NCBI GenBank assembly: GCA_050633245.1
Contig: JBOEGD010000032.1
Location: 1 to 64,000, forward strand
Source of the DNA: Calditrichia bacterium
GTDB taxonomy: Bacteria > Calditrichota > Calditrichia > RBG-13-44-9 > J075
Length of the DNA: 64,000 nt
Direction: 5' to 3'
The notes under the pieces are model-generated. The model was not told where the DNA came from and did no database searches. It saw nothing but the letters and a program-made list of their open reading frames with translations. Numbering within the stretch: position 1 is the first letter of the stretch; every line of letters starts with the position of its first letter. Shown one piece after another: positions 36,450 to 46,340 of this stretch. The translations under genes were made by a program, and so were the position numbers.

Positions 36450-37787
36450 ATGTTTGAAAATATTTTTGTAAACATCTTTGCCCTCATACCCATGTTGGGG
36501 ATTCTGGTGTTTGTACACGAACTGGGGCATTTCGTTGCCGCTAAGCTTTTTGGGGTGCGCGTAGAACGTTTCTCGATTGGCTTTCCACCACGTCTTTTTG
36601 GTACTCAGGTTGGAGAGACCGACTACTGTATCTCGGCGATTCCACTGGGCGGATACGTGAAGTTAAGCGGAATGATTGACGAAAGCCTGGATGCGGAAAG
36701 CATGGAAAAAGATCCAGAACCTTATGAGTTTCGCTCGAAGCCAATGTATCAAAAGGCGATTATTATTACTGCCGGCGTTCTTATGAACTTCATCCTCGCA
36801 GTAATGATTCTCGGCGGAATCGTCTATTTTCAGGGCGAGCGAATCATCACTTCGACGAAGATCGGTGCTGTGCCACAGGGAAGTCTTGCTGCTGATATTG
36901 GTTTACAGGCAAATGACAGAATATTGACCATCGGTGGTAAAGAGGTGGAGTCTTATAATGACATCACCCGACATTTTCTGGAATTTCTTGGGGAGGATGT
37001 TGTCTTCTCAGTCGAACGTGGTGGTGAGCCAGTCGATTTGGTCATGAAGTGGGCCGATTTCGATTTGTCTAATGAACGCGGCCTGGAGATTGAACCTTAT
37101 GCTGAAGCGCGGATTGGTGCTCTTCAGCCAGATTATCCTGCCGAACAGGCGGGTATGCAGGTTGGAGATCAAATTCTTCTAATCGACAGCGTCGCTGTTT
37201 CCAGCTGGGGGCAGATGCGAAATACGATTACCTCGCGTGCCGGCGAAACCCTCTCTTTGGTGATTCAACGCGGAGATGAAGAAATTAGCCTTTCGCTTAC
37301 ACCAAAGGAAATAACGTATCGCGATATTACTGATACCGAGCAAAAGCGCGGTGTAATTGGCATTGCGCCTGATTATGAGATGGAATTTGTTACTTATCCT
37401 CTGATGACATCTATCGGTAAAGGCTTTTCCAAATCGGTTTCAATGGGAGCACTTCAGCTAAAGGGGTTTGGTTGGATATTTTCCGGAAAGGAATCTGCGT
37501 CGGAATCGCTTACCGGTCCAGTCGGTATTGCAAAGATGGCAGGGCAATTCGCTCGTCAGGGGCTCTTGTCCTGGCTAAACTTGGTCGCCATGCTAAGCGT
37601 TGTTCTGGCAATTGTGAATATACTTCCAATACCCGCTTTAGATGGTGGACATTTACTGATCATTATTGCCGAAGGTGTTTTAGGAAGGCCAATCTCGGTG
37701 AAGGCCAAGGTTGCAGCACAGCAAATTGGTATGCTGGTTCTTTTGATGCTCTTGCTTTTTGCCACATTTAATGATGTAACGAGATAG
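36450..37787 (+). CDS. rseP: RIP metalloprotease RseP
   Basis: HELGH, FSIGF, PLGGYVK, two PDZ-like regions, NILPIPALDGGH. Confidence 0.96.
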   Translation: MFENIFVNIFALIPMLGILVFVHELGHFVAAKLFGVRVERFSIGFPPRLFGTQVGETDYCISAIPLGGYVKLSGMIDESLDAESMEKDPEPYEFRSKPMYQKAIIITAGVLMNFILAVMILGGIVYFQGERIITSTKIGAVPQGSLAADIGLQANDRILTIGGKEVESYNDITRHFLEFLGEDVVFSVERGGEPVDLVMKWADFDLSNERGLEIEPYAEARIGALQPDYPAEQAGMQVGDQILLIDSVAVSSWGQMRNTITSRAGETLSLVIQRGDEEISLSLTPKEITYRDITDTEQKRGVIGIAPDYEMEFVTYPLMTSIGKGFSKSVSMGALQLKGFGWIFSGKESASESLTGPVGIAKMAGQFARQGLLSWLNLVAMLSVVLAIVNILPIPALDGGHLLIIIAEGVLGRPISVKAKVAAQQIGMLVLLMLLLFATFNDVTR

Positions 37788-37913
37788 CGGCTAAAAATTC
37801 CTAAAAGAAATCAAAATTGATCTACCCGACATTTTCGACGATAAAAAGGGACTATCTTCCTGCGATAGAAAACCTACCATACTTACTGAGACTGTGTTTG
37901 AAGGAGTGCGATT

Positions 37914-38735
37914 GTGGAAGACTTGTTTAAAGCTATTATTTTGGGACTAGTGCAGGGGCTGTCAGAATTTTTACCGATCAGTAGTTCCGGCCATCTTGTT
38001 TTATTTGGCGAACTTTTGAATTATCAGGAAGCCGGTATCGCGCTGGAAGTGTTCGTTCACTTTGGAACGCTGATCTCCGTGTTTATCTGTTTTCGCAAAG
38101 ATATTTGGGAAATGGTGCGCTGGTTACCGAAGGTGCCGGAATTTATACTAAACGGGATGCACGTTCGTAGCGAAGAAGATAAATATAAGGCGATGAGTGC
38201 CTATATTGTTATTGGCTCCGTGCCTGCCGCTATTGCCGGACTTCTTTTAAAAGATCATATTGAATCAATTTTTACTCCTGTAGTTGTTCTCTTTACGCTT
38301 TCAATAACGGCGCTGATTTTATTTAGCTCACGCTATACAGAGGAAAGTCAACCTTTTCTTACCTGGAAGCATGCTATCCTGATTGGCTGCGTTCAGGCCT
38401 TTGCTATTCTCCCCGGGATTTCCCGTTCCGGCGCTACCATTATTATGGCGCTTTGGTTAGGCGTTCAGCGTGAAACTGCCGCAAAGTTTTCATTTCTGCT
38501 ATCCATTCCGGTTATTCTTGGTGCCTCGATCCTGCAGTTTGCGGATATGCTGTCTGCACCACCATCTGGTTCCGAACTTATCTCGTTGTTTGCTGCAACG
38601 GTTGCAGCAGCTGTTTCCGGTTACTTTGCAATTGTTTGGCTCATGGAGGTTGTAAAAAAGCAGCAGCTTGAATGGTTTGCCTTATACTGCGCAATTGTAA
38701 GCGTTGTTGGCGGCGCAATTTATTTTATGCAGTAG
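37914..38735 (+). CDS. uppP: Undecaprenyl-diphosphatase
   Basis: QGLSEFLPISSSGH, PGISRSGAT, FSFLLSIP. Confidence 0.96.
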   Translation: MEDLFKAIILGLVQGLSEFLPISSSGHLVLFGELLNYQEAGIALEVFVHFGTLISVFICFRKDIWEMVRWLPKVPEFILNGMHVRSEEDKYKAMSAYIVIGSVPAAIAGLLLKDHIESIFTPVVVLFTLSITALILFSSRYTEESQPFLTWKHAILIGCVQAFAILPGISRSGATIIMALWLGVQRETAAKFSFLLSIPVILGASILQFADMLSAPPSGSELISLFAATVAAAVSGYFAIVWLMEVVKKQQLEWFALYCAIVSVVGGAIYFMQ

Positions 38736-38866
38736 ATCTCCCGGTTTTATTTTGCTCTTTCGGTTTAGCCTGCAATTGGTTAAAATGAGCAATTGTGCCA
38801 GTTTCCACATTGGAAGCATTAAATAGGTAACGGTACATTGCTTTGTATTTAACCAATGAGAACAGT

Positions 38867-40357
38867 ATGGCAAAAATTGAACAATTTTCCAGCCGATGGG
38901 CACTCCTTCTGGCAACACTGGGAATGGCTATCGGTGCCGGAAATATTTGGCGCTTCCCTCGCCTTGCCGGAGAATACGGCGGGGTTTTTCTCATCCCATG
39001 GGCATTCTTTCTAATCCTCTGGTCTGTGCCACTTATCATGGTTGAATTTGCGCTTGGTAAGAAAACGCGCAAGGGACCGATCGGTGCATTTGCAGATTTC
39101 CTCGGCAAAAAATACACTTGGATGGGTGGATTCGTTACGCTCTGCACCATGGGTATTATGTTTTACTATTCAGTTGTTACCGGCTGGGCTCTAAAATATT
39201 TTCTATCGGCTGCATCAGGTGCGCTCAATGGCGTAGACCATAGTGTTTATTGGAATACGTTCACGAGTAGTGGCATTCAGCCCGTGATGTTTCATCTGGT
39301 CTCCATTACACTTGCATCGGTTATCATTTATCAGGGAATTCTGAATGGCATTGAACGAGCCAATCGGATTCTCCTGCCATCGCTGTTGTTGTTACTTATT
39401 GTCGGTGCTGTTCGCTCTTTGACTCTCGACGGTTCCTCCGCTGGCTTGGAATATTTCTTCGGCTTTAAGACGGAAGCATTGTATAACTACAAAATGTGGC
39501 TGGAAACGCTATCGCAATCAGCCTGGTCTACGGGCGCGGGCTGGGGATTGGTACTAACCTATTCTGTTTACATGCGTGAAAAAGAAGATATTACGCTGAA
39601 TTCATTCCTCACCGGATTTGGCAATAACTCTGCCTCACTCCTCGCGGGATTGGTTATTGTTCCTGCCGTCTTTGCATTGGCTGGAACAATTGGTGCCGTC
39701 GGTGGAGATCTGGGGGCAGAAAAGTTTGCCGCTGCGGAGGCAGCATTAAGGGCAGGCAATGAAGGGCTGGGATTCATCGTAATCCCTCAGCTTTTTTCTA
39801 AGCTACCGGCCTCGACATTGTTAACCAGCTTCTTTTTTCTGGCTCTCTTTTTCGCAGCGCTTAGCTCACTAATTGCAATGATGGAATTGTCAACGCGCAT
39901 GTTAATGGATTTTGGTTTTGAACGTCGCAAGGCCTTGCCGATTATCGCGGTACTTTGCGCAGTGTTGGGAATTCCTTCGGCGTACAGCATGACGTTCTTT
40001 AAAAATCAGGATTGGGTGTGGGGCCTCGGGCTTATTATCAGTGGATCCTTTTTTGCTTTTGCCGCAATTAAGACCGGCGTGAATACCTTTAGAGAAACCT
40101 ATTTGAATCGTCCTGAAAATAATGTTCATGTAGGTCGATGGTTTAATGTAGTGATGGGGGTTTTCATACCGGTAGAAGCGGCGATTCTAATGCTGGGCTG
40201 GTTCTATCGTGAATGGGATGTTGTTGCTTGGTGGGATCCAACCCGTCCTTTTAGCCTGGCCACCTGTCTGCTACAGTGGGGAACTCTTATCTTGATGTTG
40301 CTCATTTTTAACTCCTGGATCTATGATCGGGTTTCGGGAAAGGAGAGTAAGGCATGA
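38867..40357 (+). CDS. Sodium-dependent amino-acid transporter (NSS/SNF family)
   Basis: GMAIGAGNIWRFP TM1 signature, multi-TM; probable start MAKIEQF. Confidence 0.92.
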   Translation: MAKIEQFSSRWALLLATLGMAIGAGNIWRFPRLAGEYGGVFLIPWAFFLILWSVPLIMVEFALGKKTRKGPIGAFADFLGKKYTWMGGFVTLCTMGIMFYYSVVTGWALKYFLSAASGALNGVDHSVYWNTFTSSGIQPVMFHLVSITLASVIIYQGILNGIERANRILLPSLLLLLIVGAVRSLTLDGSSAGLEYFFGFKTEALYNYKMWLETLSQSAWSTGAGWGLVLTYSVYMREKEDITLNSFLTGFGNNSASLLAGLVIVPAVFALAGTIGAVGGDLGAEKFAAAEAALRAGNEGLGFIVIPQLFSKLPASTLLTSFFFLALFFAALSSLIAMMELSTRMLMDFGFERRKALPIIAVLCAVLGIPSAYSMTFFKNQDWVWGLGLIISGSFFAFAAIKTGVNTFRETYLNRPENNVHVGRWFNVVMGVFIPVEAAILMLGWFYREWDVVAWWDPTRPFSLATCLLQWGTLILMLLIFNSWIYDRVSGKESKA

Positions 40358-40467
40358 TTCAATTTTCAACGCTGATAATAATGGTTCTGATTTTGGGATT
40401 TATGTGGGGTGGCCTGGCCTACTGCCTGCGTCTCGCCTGGAAAAGCGAACAGAATGATAATTTATAA
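40354..40467 (+). CDS. MetS-like NSS transporter small subunit (37 aa, absent from the ORF track)
   Basis: MIQFSTLIIMVLILGFMWGGLAYCLRLAWKSEQNDNL; ATGA overlap with the transporter stop, AAGGAG RBS, single TM with WGG motif. Confidence 0.8.
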   Translation: MIQFSTLIIMVLILGFMWGGLAYCLRLAWKSEQNDNL

Positions 40468-40490
40468 TTGTCAATTGTCAATTGTCAATT
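40466..40490. repeat. Heptamer tandem array (AATTGTC) x3.5
   Basis: aattgtc aattgtc aattgtc aatt, beginning inside the stop codon of the small ORF. Confidence 0.8.
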
Positions 40491-40525
40491 AAGGACTCAG
40501 TGCGCTAAACCTTGAACGTATTTAA

Positions 40526-41530
40526 ATGCAAAAACTAAACTACAATTCAGCGCTAGCTGCCGTAAAAAAAGGGCCACTTCAACCAGTTTATTTCATCTAT
40601 GGTGATGAAAACTTTTTGATTGATGCGCTGGTGCAGAAAATAACTGCTGCTTTTATCGGAACACCCGATAAGGAAATCAATTATTTCCTTCGGTATGCTC
40701 CTGAAGCTGCAATGGAAGATGTGCTTTCATTAACGGCTGGGGCGAGTCTCTTTTCCGAGAAAAAAGTTGTTGTGTACCGCGATTTCCAGCAGCTGCGCAA
40801 TCCACCCATGGATAAGCTGCTTTCGTATCTGAAGCGCACCGACCCTGATATATGCCTTGTAATTACGGCTCGTATCGATTCGGTAAATCAGGCTAAATAT
40901 CAAAAGATCGCCGGGTTAGCTTCAATGGTGCACGTGACCTCTTTACGTGAGGGGGATTTAAATCGCTTCATTCAGGACGAGTTTAAGCGTTATAATAAAA
41001 CAATTGATACGGAAGCGCTGCAAACGCTGATGTATCTGGTTGGTGAGAAGATTCATGACCTGAAGACAGAAATTGCTCAGGTTGTCAATTTTTATCGCGA
41101 TAGAGGAGCTATTACCTCGGCAGATATCGAGGCGGTGGTTGGCGTTCATGCCGTGCAAAATGTTTTTGAGCTTACCAGACAAATTGCGCGTAAGAATCTG
41201 GATGAAGCAGTCTTTACCACTCGTAACCTGCTGGAAAAAGGGGAAAGCGCACATGCTATTCTAGCATTGCTTACCCGACATATGATTATACTTTGGAAAA
41301 TTCGCGGGTTTTATAACAGCGGACAAAAGAACGAAAAAACAATTATGCAGCGTCTCAGACTCTATCCCAAACAGTTCCGTGCCTATGTTAGCGAACTGAC
41401 GCACTGGAGTCTGCCGCAGCTAAAAAAATCTCTCTCCCTTCTGGAAGAATGTGATCGACTATTGAAATCGGGACAGTCCACCGAACATGTAATTATGGAC
41501 ATGCTGATTTTTAAGTTGAATCGTCTATAA
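40526..41530 (+). CDS. holA: DNA polymerase III delta subunit
   Basis: PVYFIYGDE, SLFSEKKVVV, NVFEL, DRLLKSG. Confidence 0.9.
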   Translation: MQKLNYNSALAAVKKGPLQPVYFIYGDENFLIDALVQKITAAFIGTPDKEINYFLRYAPEAAMEDVLSLTAGASLFSEKKVVVYRDFQQLRNPPMDKLLSYLKRTDPDICLVITARIDSVNQAKYQKIAGLASMVHVTSLREGDLNRFIQDEFKRYNKTIDTEALQTLMYLVGEKIHDLKTEIAQVVNFYRDRGAITSADIEAVVGVHAVQNVFELTRQIARKNLDEAVFTTRNLLEKGESAHAILALLTRHMIILWKIRGFYNSGQKNEKTIMQRLRLYPKQFRAYVSELTHWSLPQLKKSLSLLEECDRLLKSGQSTEHVIMDMLIFKLNRL

Positions 41531-41545
41531 TATTCTGATTTTTTG

Positions 41546-41572
41546 GGAACTTTGATGAAAACACACTGTTGA
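41546..41572 (+). promoter_or_regulatory. Candidate ECF (autoregulatory) promoter
   Basis: GGAAC(TT)-N17-GTT immediately upstream of the ECF sigma gene. Confidence 0.5.
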
Positions 41573-41585
41573 AGAATAGGTTCGA

Positions 41586-42197
41586 ATGACAAAAAAGGAC
41601 ATACTGGAAAAACCAAGGATAACTGACGAGAAGCTGATTGCTCAATTTCAGCAAGGTGACGTTCAGGCGTTTGATGTGCTGGTGCGGCGTTACAAAGATC
41701 AATTGCTGAATTATGTATTTCGCTTTGTCGGCAGTAGAACGGAAGCAGAAGACCTTGTGCAGGAAACATTTCTGCGCGTGTATAAGAACAAGCACTACTA
41801 CAAGGAAATCGCAAAGTTCTCTACCTGGGTTTATACGATTGCCGGTAACCTGGCAAAAACCGAGCTACGCAGGCGAAAGCGCCGCAAGATCTTTAGCGTT
41901 AGCAATTTTGTTAATGACGATCGCGATTATGATATACCGGACGCTGACCACAATCCGGAACGCGACGTCGATAGTGCAATGAAAGATGAAATTATTCAAA
42001 ATGCTATTGAGAAATTGCCTGCTAAGTTCAAAGAAGTCATTCTGCTGCGAGATGTTCAGGGCTTTGCCTATGAGGAAATTGGCGACATTCTGGAAATCCC
42101 ACTCGGAACCGTGAAGTCGCGGGTAAACCGAGGCCGACTAAAGCTACAGGAAGATTTGAAATTTCTGTATGATGGTAAAAGCGGAGAAAGTAAGTAA
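41586..42197 (+). CDS. ECF RNA polymerase sigma factor (RpoE/SigW-like)
   Basis: AEDLVQETFLR, FSTWVYTIA, YEEIGDILEIPLGTVKSRVNRGR. Confidence 0.95.
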   Translation: MTKKDILEKPRITDEKLIAQFQQGDVQAFDVLVRRYKDQLLNYVFRFVGSRTEAEDLVQETFLRVYKNKHYYKEIAKFSTWVYTIAGNLAKTELRRRKRRKIFSVSNFVNDDRDYDIPDADHNPERDVDSAMKDEIIQNAIEKLPAKFKEVILLRDVQGFAYEEIGDILEIPLGTVKSRVNRGRLKLQEDLKFLYDGKSGESK

Positions 42198-42238
42198 CAC
42201 CAATAGATATATTTATAACGTTCAAATTCTGTGAGGGA

Positions 42239-42793
42239 ATGCCTATGCGCGAACGTGACCATTTAGAAGAGAAGTACTCTCGCTATATCGAGGGCGAGTT
42301 GAGTAGAGATCTCGATAAACGTATGGAAGAAGAATTGCTTGCACTTGGGTCTGATGGAGAAACCATCCTGCAACTCCGTAAAAACAGAGAGTTGCTGCAA
42401 AACCTGGCCACCGTCTCTACTTCAGTCGGTTTTGAACAACGGCTACATGCCAGAGTTCGCGAAGAGGGAAATAGCGCGCGCTCAAGATCATTGCCGTCCA
42501 GCTTTACCGATTGGCGTGGAATAGCTGCAGCTGCCTGTGTTGCCTTATTGATGGTTTTTGGTGGATATTTTCTGACCCGTGGAGCTGTCGAGCCAGACGT
42601 TCCGGCAATTCAACAGTCCGGTGTTGAGCCACTGCTGCAAACTCCTCAACGAGTTGTTCAGCCGAGTGTTGTTGATGATGAAGGCAAAGACGAGGTTAAG
42701 AAAGATTCGATTTCTACTTTTCAGCAGGAGTTTAATGGTAAACGCAATTCCGATGTGCAGTTTATCAACGAACAGAATGTTAAAGGTAATTAG
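42239..42793 (+). CDS. Putative membrane anti-sigma factor
   Basis: Directly follows the ECF sigma; YIEGEL helical N-terminus, one TM; lacks the HxxxCxxC zinc motif. Confidence 0.75.
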   Translation: MPMRERDHLEEKYSRYIEGELSRDLDKRMEEELLALGSDGETILQLRKNRELLQNLATVSTSVGFEQRLHARVREEGNSARSRSLPSSFTDWRGIAAAACVALLMVFGGYFLTRGAVEPDVPAIQQSGVEPLLQTPQRVVQPSVVDDEGKDEVKKDSISTFQQEFNGKRNSDVQFINEQNVKGN

Positions 42794-42896
42794 AAAACGA
42801 TAGGCAATTGACTAATCGCTTTTGTATATTTCAAGTCTAAATGCGCCCGTATTTCGATAGCTCATAAACGCGAATCGTAACGCACGGAAATTAGAC

Positions 42897-44618
42897 TTGA
42901 AATTATCGCAGCCACTTCTCATTTTTGTCATTGGCTATTTGCTTCTGGCTCTCCTAATCAGTTTTCTACCAAATAGTGCAGGCTTTATTTTTGTAAAGCT
43001 TGCACTGATCGTTGTACTTAGCGGCGGAGCATGGTATTTCCTGCGTCAACTGCTCGGAGAAGAAGCGTTTGAGCAGGATGATAGCGAAGCCAATCTGGTG
43101 AACTCCACCGATATTCCTATGTCTTCCGATTCACCTGATGTGCAGACAGAACGCTCAATTGATGAAAACTTCCAGCAATTTATCGAAACATTATTTCCTC
43201 TGATAAAGCAAATTCTTGTTGCCAATACTGTCGTTCTGCTGCTGGTAAATGCGCAAAAGAAGAAGTTCTTCCTTAGAGCAAAGCTCAGTGACTTCGATAA
43301 TGTGTTTACCAATGAACGCTTTTTTGATCTCAATATCGGTTTGCCGTCGCTGGTGTTCAAACATCGCAAAACCCTTCTCGAAAATCACCTGCCAGAGAGC
43401 GAACAAATTTTACCATTTTACAATGAAGATATGCCTGCAAAGTCTTTTCTGGGTGTTCCGTTGCTTTTTGATGGGCGACCAGTAGGTGTTCTCAGTGTAG
43501 ACTCCAGCGTTCAGGCATGTTTCAGCGATGAGGATCAGGCAATTTTAATGCTGTTCAGCAAGCTGCTTGCGTTGCACCTGGAAAGCAGTAATAAGCTGTT
43601 TGAATACGAATCTGAAAACTGGACAACAAAACTAATGTTCGACTTTAGTCGCGATATTTTAACCTTTCAGGATCGCGATGTGTTGTGGAATTATCTTGCG
43701 CAAAATTTAAAGAGAGCGTTCTCTGTCGATCGAGTGATGGTTGCTGAATCTGGTACAGCCAATACCGGACGACTCGTTCACCTTGATGGTGAAAGTAGTG
43801 GCGTTGAAACAGGTAAATCCTTCCCGGTAAATGAAGGCTTGGTTGGCTGGGTGATCAGAAAAAATGAAGCCATTGTCGTCGATGATTTTTCCACAAAAGA
43901 AAATTATGTTCCCAGATTTACTCTGAATGAATCTCCTGAAGATATTTTCCAGTCATTAATGGCCGTCCCCGTGGCAATAAGCGGAAGCGTAAAGGCTGTA
44001 ATCTCTGTTGAGAGTACCCGCCGAAGTCACTTTGCAGATCAGCAGAAGCAGCTCCTCGAAACCATGGCTAATCAAATTGCCGCATGGCTACAGAAAAATG
44101 AAATTATGGAGCAGCTCAATACTCAAAGTCATGTTGATACCAGCAGTGGACTTGCCAATCGCAAGGCCATGCTTTCAGACGTAAAACGTGAAATTTCGCG
44201 ATGCGGACAAACACAACGAAACTTTTGTCTCCAACTTATTGCTCTTCCTGAATCACTCCCCGAAAAAACTGCCGAACTATACGATACTATGTTGGAAGAA
44301 GTGTTAGAGTTCGCTGTCTCACGCGTCCATCCACCAGCGACTATTTATCTTGCCGCAGAAAGTCAGCTTGCGATTCTCTGGCCGGAAGAAGCTCGTGAAA
44401 CCGCTCGAGAAAAAGCGCTCAATCTTCATCAGGCAATTCTGAATCGTCGGCCATGGGCAAATGGACTTGTTGAAAAAATTGGTTTGAATTCAGCTCTGGT
44501 AGATTATCCGGCTGATGCAGATAATGCTGCTGACCTGTTTAAGCTGGTTATTGCAAACGTCAAACACGCTCGTAACAATGGAGCGGAAGCTATTATTTTG
44601 GGTGATGAAAACGACTGA
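42897..44618 (+). CDS. 2TM-GAF-GAF protein with a degenerate GGDEF-like C-terminal domain
   Basis: GAF motifs SFLGVPL...GVLSVDS...FSDED and GLVGWV...SLMAVPV; DTSSGLANRK marks a GGDEF start but no GG(D/E)EF follows. Confidence 0.8.
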   Translation: MKLSQPLLIFVIGYLLLALLISFLPNSAGFIFVKLALIVVLSGGAWYFLRQLLGEEAFEQDDSEANLVNSTDIPMSSDSPDVQTERSIDENFQQFIETLFPLIKQILVANTVVLLLVNAQKKKFFLRAKLSDFDNVFTNERFFDLNIGLPSLVFKHRKTLLENHLPESEQILPFYNEDMPAKSFLGVPLLFDGRPVGVLSVDSSVQACFSDEDQAILMLFSKLLALHLESSNKLFEYESENWTTKLMFDFSRDILTFQDRDVLWNYLAQNLKRAFSVDRVMVAESGTANTGRLVHLDGESSGVETGKSFPVNEGLVGWVIRKNEAIVVDDFSTKENYVPRFTLNESPEDIFQSLMAVPVAISGSVKAVISVESTRRSHFADQQKQLLETMANQIAAWLQKNEIMEQLNTQSHVDTSSGLANRKAMLSDVKREISRCGQTQRNFCLQLIALPESLPEKTAELYDTMLEEVLEFAVSRVHPPATIYLAAESQLAILWPEEARETAREKALNLHQAILNRRPWANGLVEKIGLNSALVDYPADADNAADLFKLVIANVKHARNNGAEAIILGDEND

Positions 44619-44680
44619 CCATTGGCTATTGATCATTGTTCATTGTTCAATGGAAAACGTTAATGGCAAATGATCTAACT

Positions 44681-44735
44681 TCAGAACTCAGAACTCAGAA
44701 CTCAGAACTCAGAACTCAGAACTCAGAACTCAGAA
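44681..44735. repeat. Heptamer tandem array (TCAGAAC) x7.9, flanked by CATTGTT-type (44620-44652) and TTGCTAC-type (44754-44771) short arrays
   Basis: Seven perfect units plus TCAGAA, in the intergenic region upstream of murE. Confidence 0.95.
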
Positions 44736-44845
44736 TACTAATCGGTTCCCGTCTTGCTACTTGCTACTTGCGTTTTGAAGATCCTTGCCCGTTGCCGTTA
44801 TTTAATTACTTTCATAAATCGCGTCTTTAAAGAAGGAACTATCTA

Positions 44846-46333
44846 ATGCTCCTATCCAGCCTTTTGAATCAGCTTTCCAAAAAATCTGTTCAGCAATTTC
44901 AGGATGTTTCAATCACTGGCATTCAGTACGACCCGCTGCGTATAAAACCGGGGAATCTGTTTATTGCAGTAAATATTTACACGCAGTTGGATAAAGTGGA
45001 ATTACCGGATGGACACGAGTTTGTTGAGATGGCAATTGCCAATGGAGCCGCTGCTATTATGGTCGATAAAGATGTGCCGCTTCCCCACGGCATAACTGTC
45101 GTGAGGGTGCCGGACAGTCGTAAAGCGCTCAGCCTGCTCGCTGCGCATCAAGCCGGTTATCCCGATAGAAAGTTGAAGCTACTGGGCGTTACCGGTACGA
45201 ATGGGAAAACCACTACAACGCATATTCTGGAAAGCATATTTTCCGTGAGGCACAATTTCAGCCTTACCGGAACGCTTTACTACAAGATTAATGGTGAAAT
45301 TCGCCACTCAAAAGACACTACCCCCGAGCCAACGGATCTACAGATAATGCTTCAGCAAATGGTTGATGCCGGAACGGATTACTGCGCCATGGAAGTGTCG
45401 TCTCACGGAATTGATTTTCATCGTGTTTATGGGCTGGAATATGAGGTGGGAATCTTTACGAATTTAAGCCCCGATCATTTGGACTATCACCTCACCATGG
45501 AAAACTATCGCGATACCAAGCTGCGCTTTTTTGAAACGTTGCAGGCAAGCAACCAGTGGGGTATTGTGAATGCAGATGATCCGCTTGCAGATATGTTTGC
45601 CGATGCTGCAGGAGCCAATGTATTGCGCTTTGGACTGAACTCTGGTGCCGATGTGGTTGCTGAAAATATCGACATGTCCATCAATGCTACTCGTTTTGAT
45701 GTGCAAACGCCTTCAGGACGTCTCCAGATCACGTCTAAGCTGATTGGTGAATACAATGTCTATAATATGCTCGGTGCGATTGCCACGGCGATTACCCAGG
45801 GCGTTCCGCTGGATGATATTAAGGCAGGTTGCGAGCGATCTATTGTGGTGCCGGGGCGATTTGAGTTTATTGACGAAGGACAGAACTATGGGGTTGTCGT
45901 TGACTTTGCTCATACGCCCGACAGCATGGAAAATGTGCTAAAGCTTGCGCGAAAGTTAACCAAAGGGCGTCTCATTACGGTGTTTGGCTGCGGTGGGGAT
46001 CGAGATCCTATAAAACGCCCGCAAATGGGACGAGCAGCTGAACACTATTCTGACATTGTCGTTGCTACCGCAGACAACCCACGCTTCGAGAGCTTGGAGC
46101 GAATTTTTGGTCATATGCAGCAAGGATTATTGGGAACAACGCCATACCATGAGGTCGCAGATAGGGGAGAGGCGATTCATTTTGCTATTTCCCAGGCCAA
46201 AAAAGATGATCTGGTCTTATTGCTTGGCAAAGGACATGAAACAACTCAAATCATAAACGATGAGTCAATTCCATTCAACGATGAAGAACAGGCGAGAGCG
46301 GCGTTGAAGATGAACGTGAATCGGCAGTCGTGA
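44846..46333 (+). CDS. murE: UDP-MurNAc-tripeptide synthetase (meso-DAP type)
   Basis: GVTGTNGKTT, TTPE, MEVSSH, DHLDYH, DFAHTPD, GCGGDRD, DNPR, GKGHE. Confidence 0.93.
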   Translation: MLLSSLLNQLSKKSVQQFQDVSITGIQYDPLRIKPGNLFIAVNIYTQLDKVELPDGHEFVEMAIANGAAAIMVDKDVPLPHGITVVRVPDSRKALSLLAAHQAGYPDRKLKLLGVTGTNGKTTTTHILESIFSVRHNFSLTGTLYYKINGEIRHSKDTTPEPTDLQIMLQQMVDAGTDYCAMEVSSHGIDFHRVYGLEYEVGIFTNLSPDHLDYHLTMENYRDTKLRFFETLQASNQWGIVNADDPLADMFADAAGANVLRFGLNSGADVVAENIDMSINATRFDVQTPSGRLQITSKLIGEYNVYNMLGAIATAITQGVPLDDIKAGCERSIVVPGRFEFIDEGQNYGVVVDFAHTPDSMENVLKLARKLTKGRLITVFGCGGDRDPIKRPQMGRAAEHYSDIVVATADNPRFESLERIFGHMQQGLLGTTPYHEVADRGEAIHFAISQAKKDDLVLLLGKGHETTQIINDESIPFNDEEQARAALKMNVNRQS

Positions 46334-46340
46334 ATCGTAA

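Noticed and set aside
44636-44830. 64-aa ORF with ELRTQNS repeats (also the 74-aa ORF at 55627..55851)
   Set aside because: Translation of the TCAGAAC heptamer array; no sign of a real protein.
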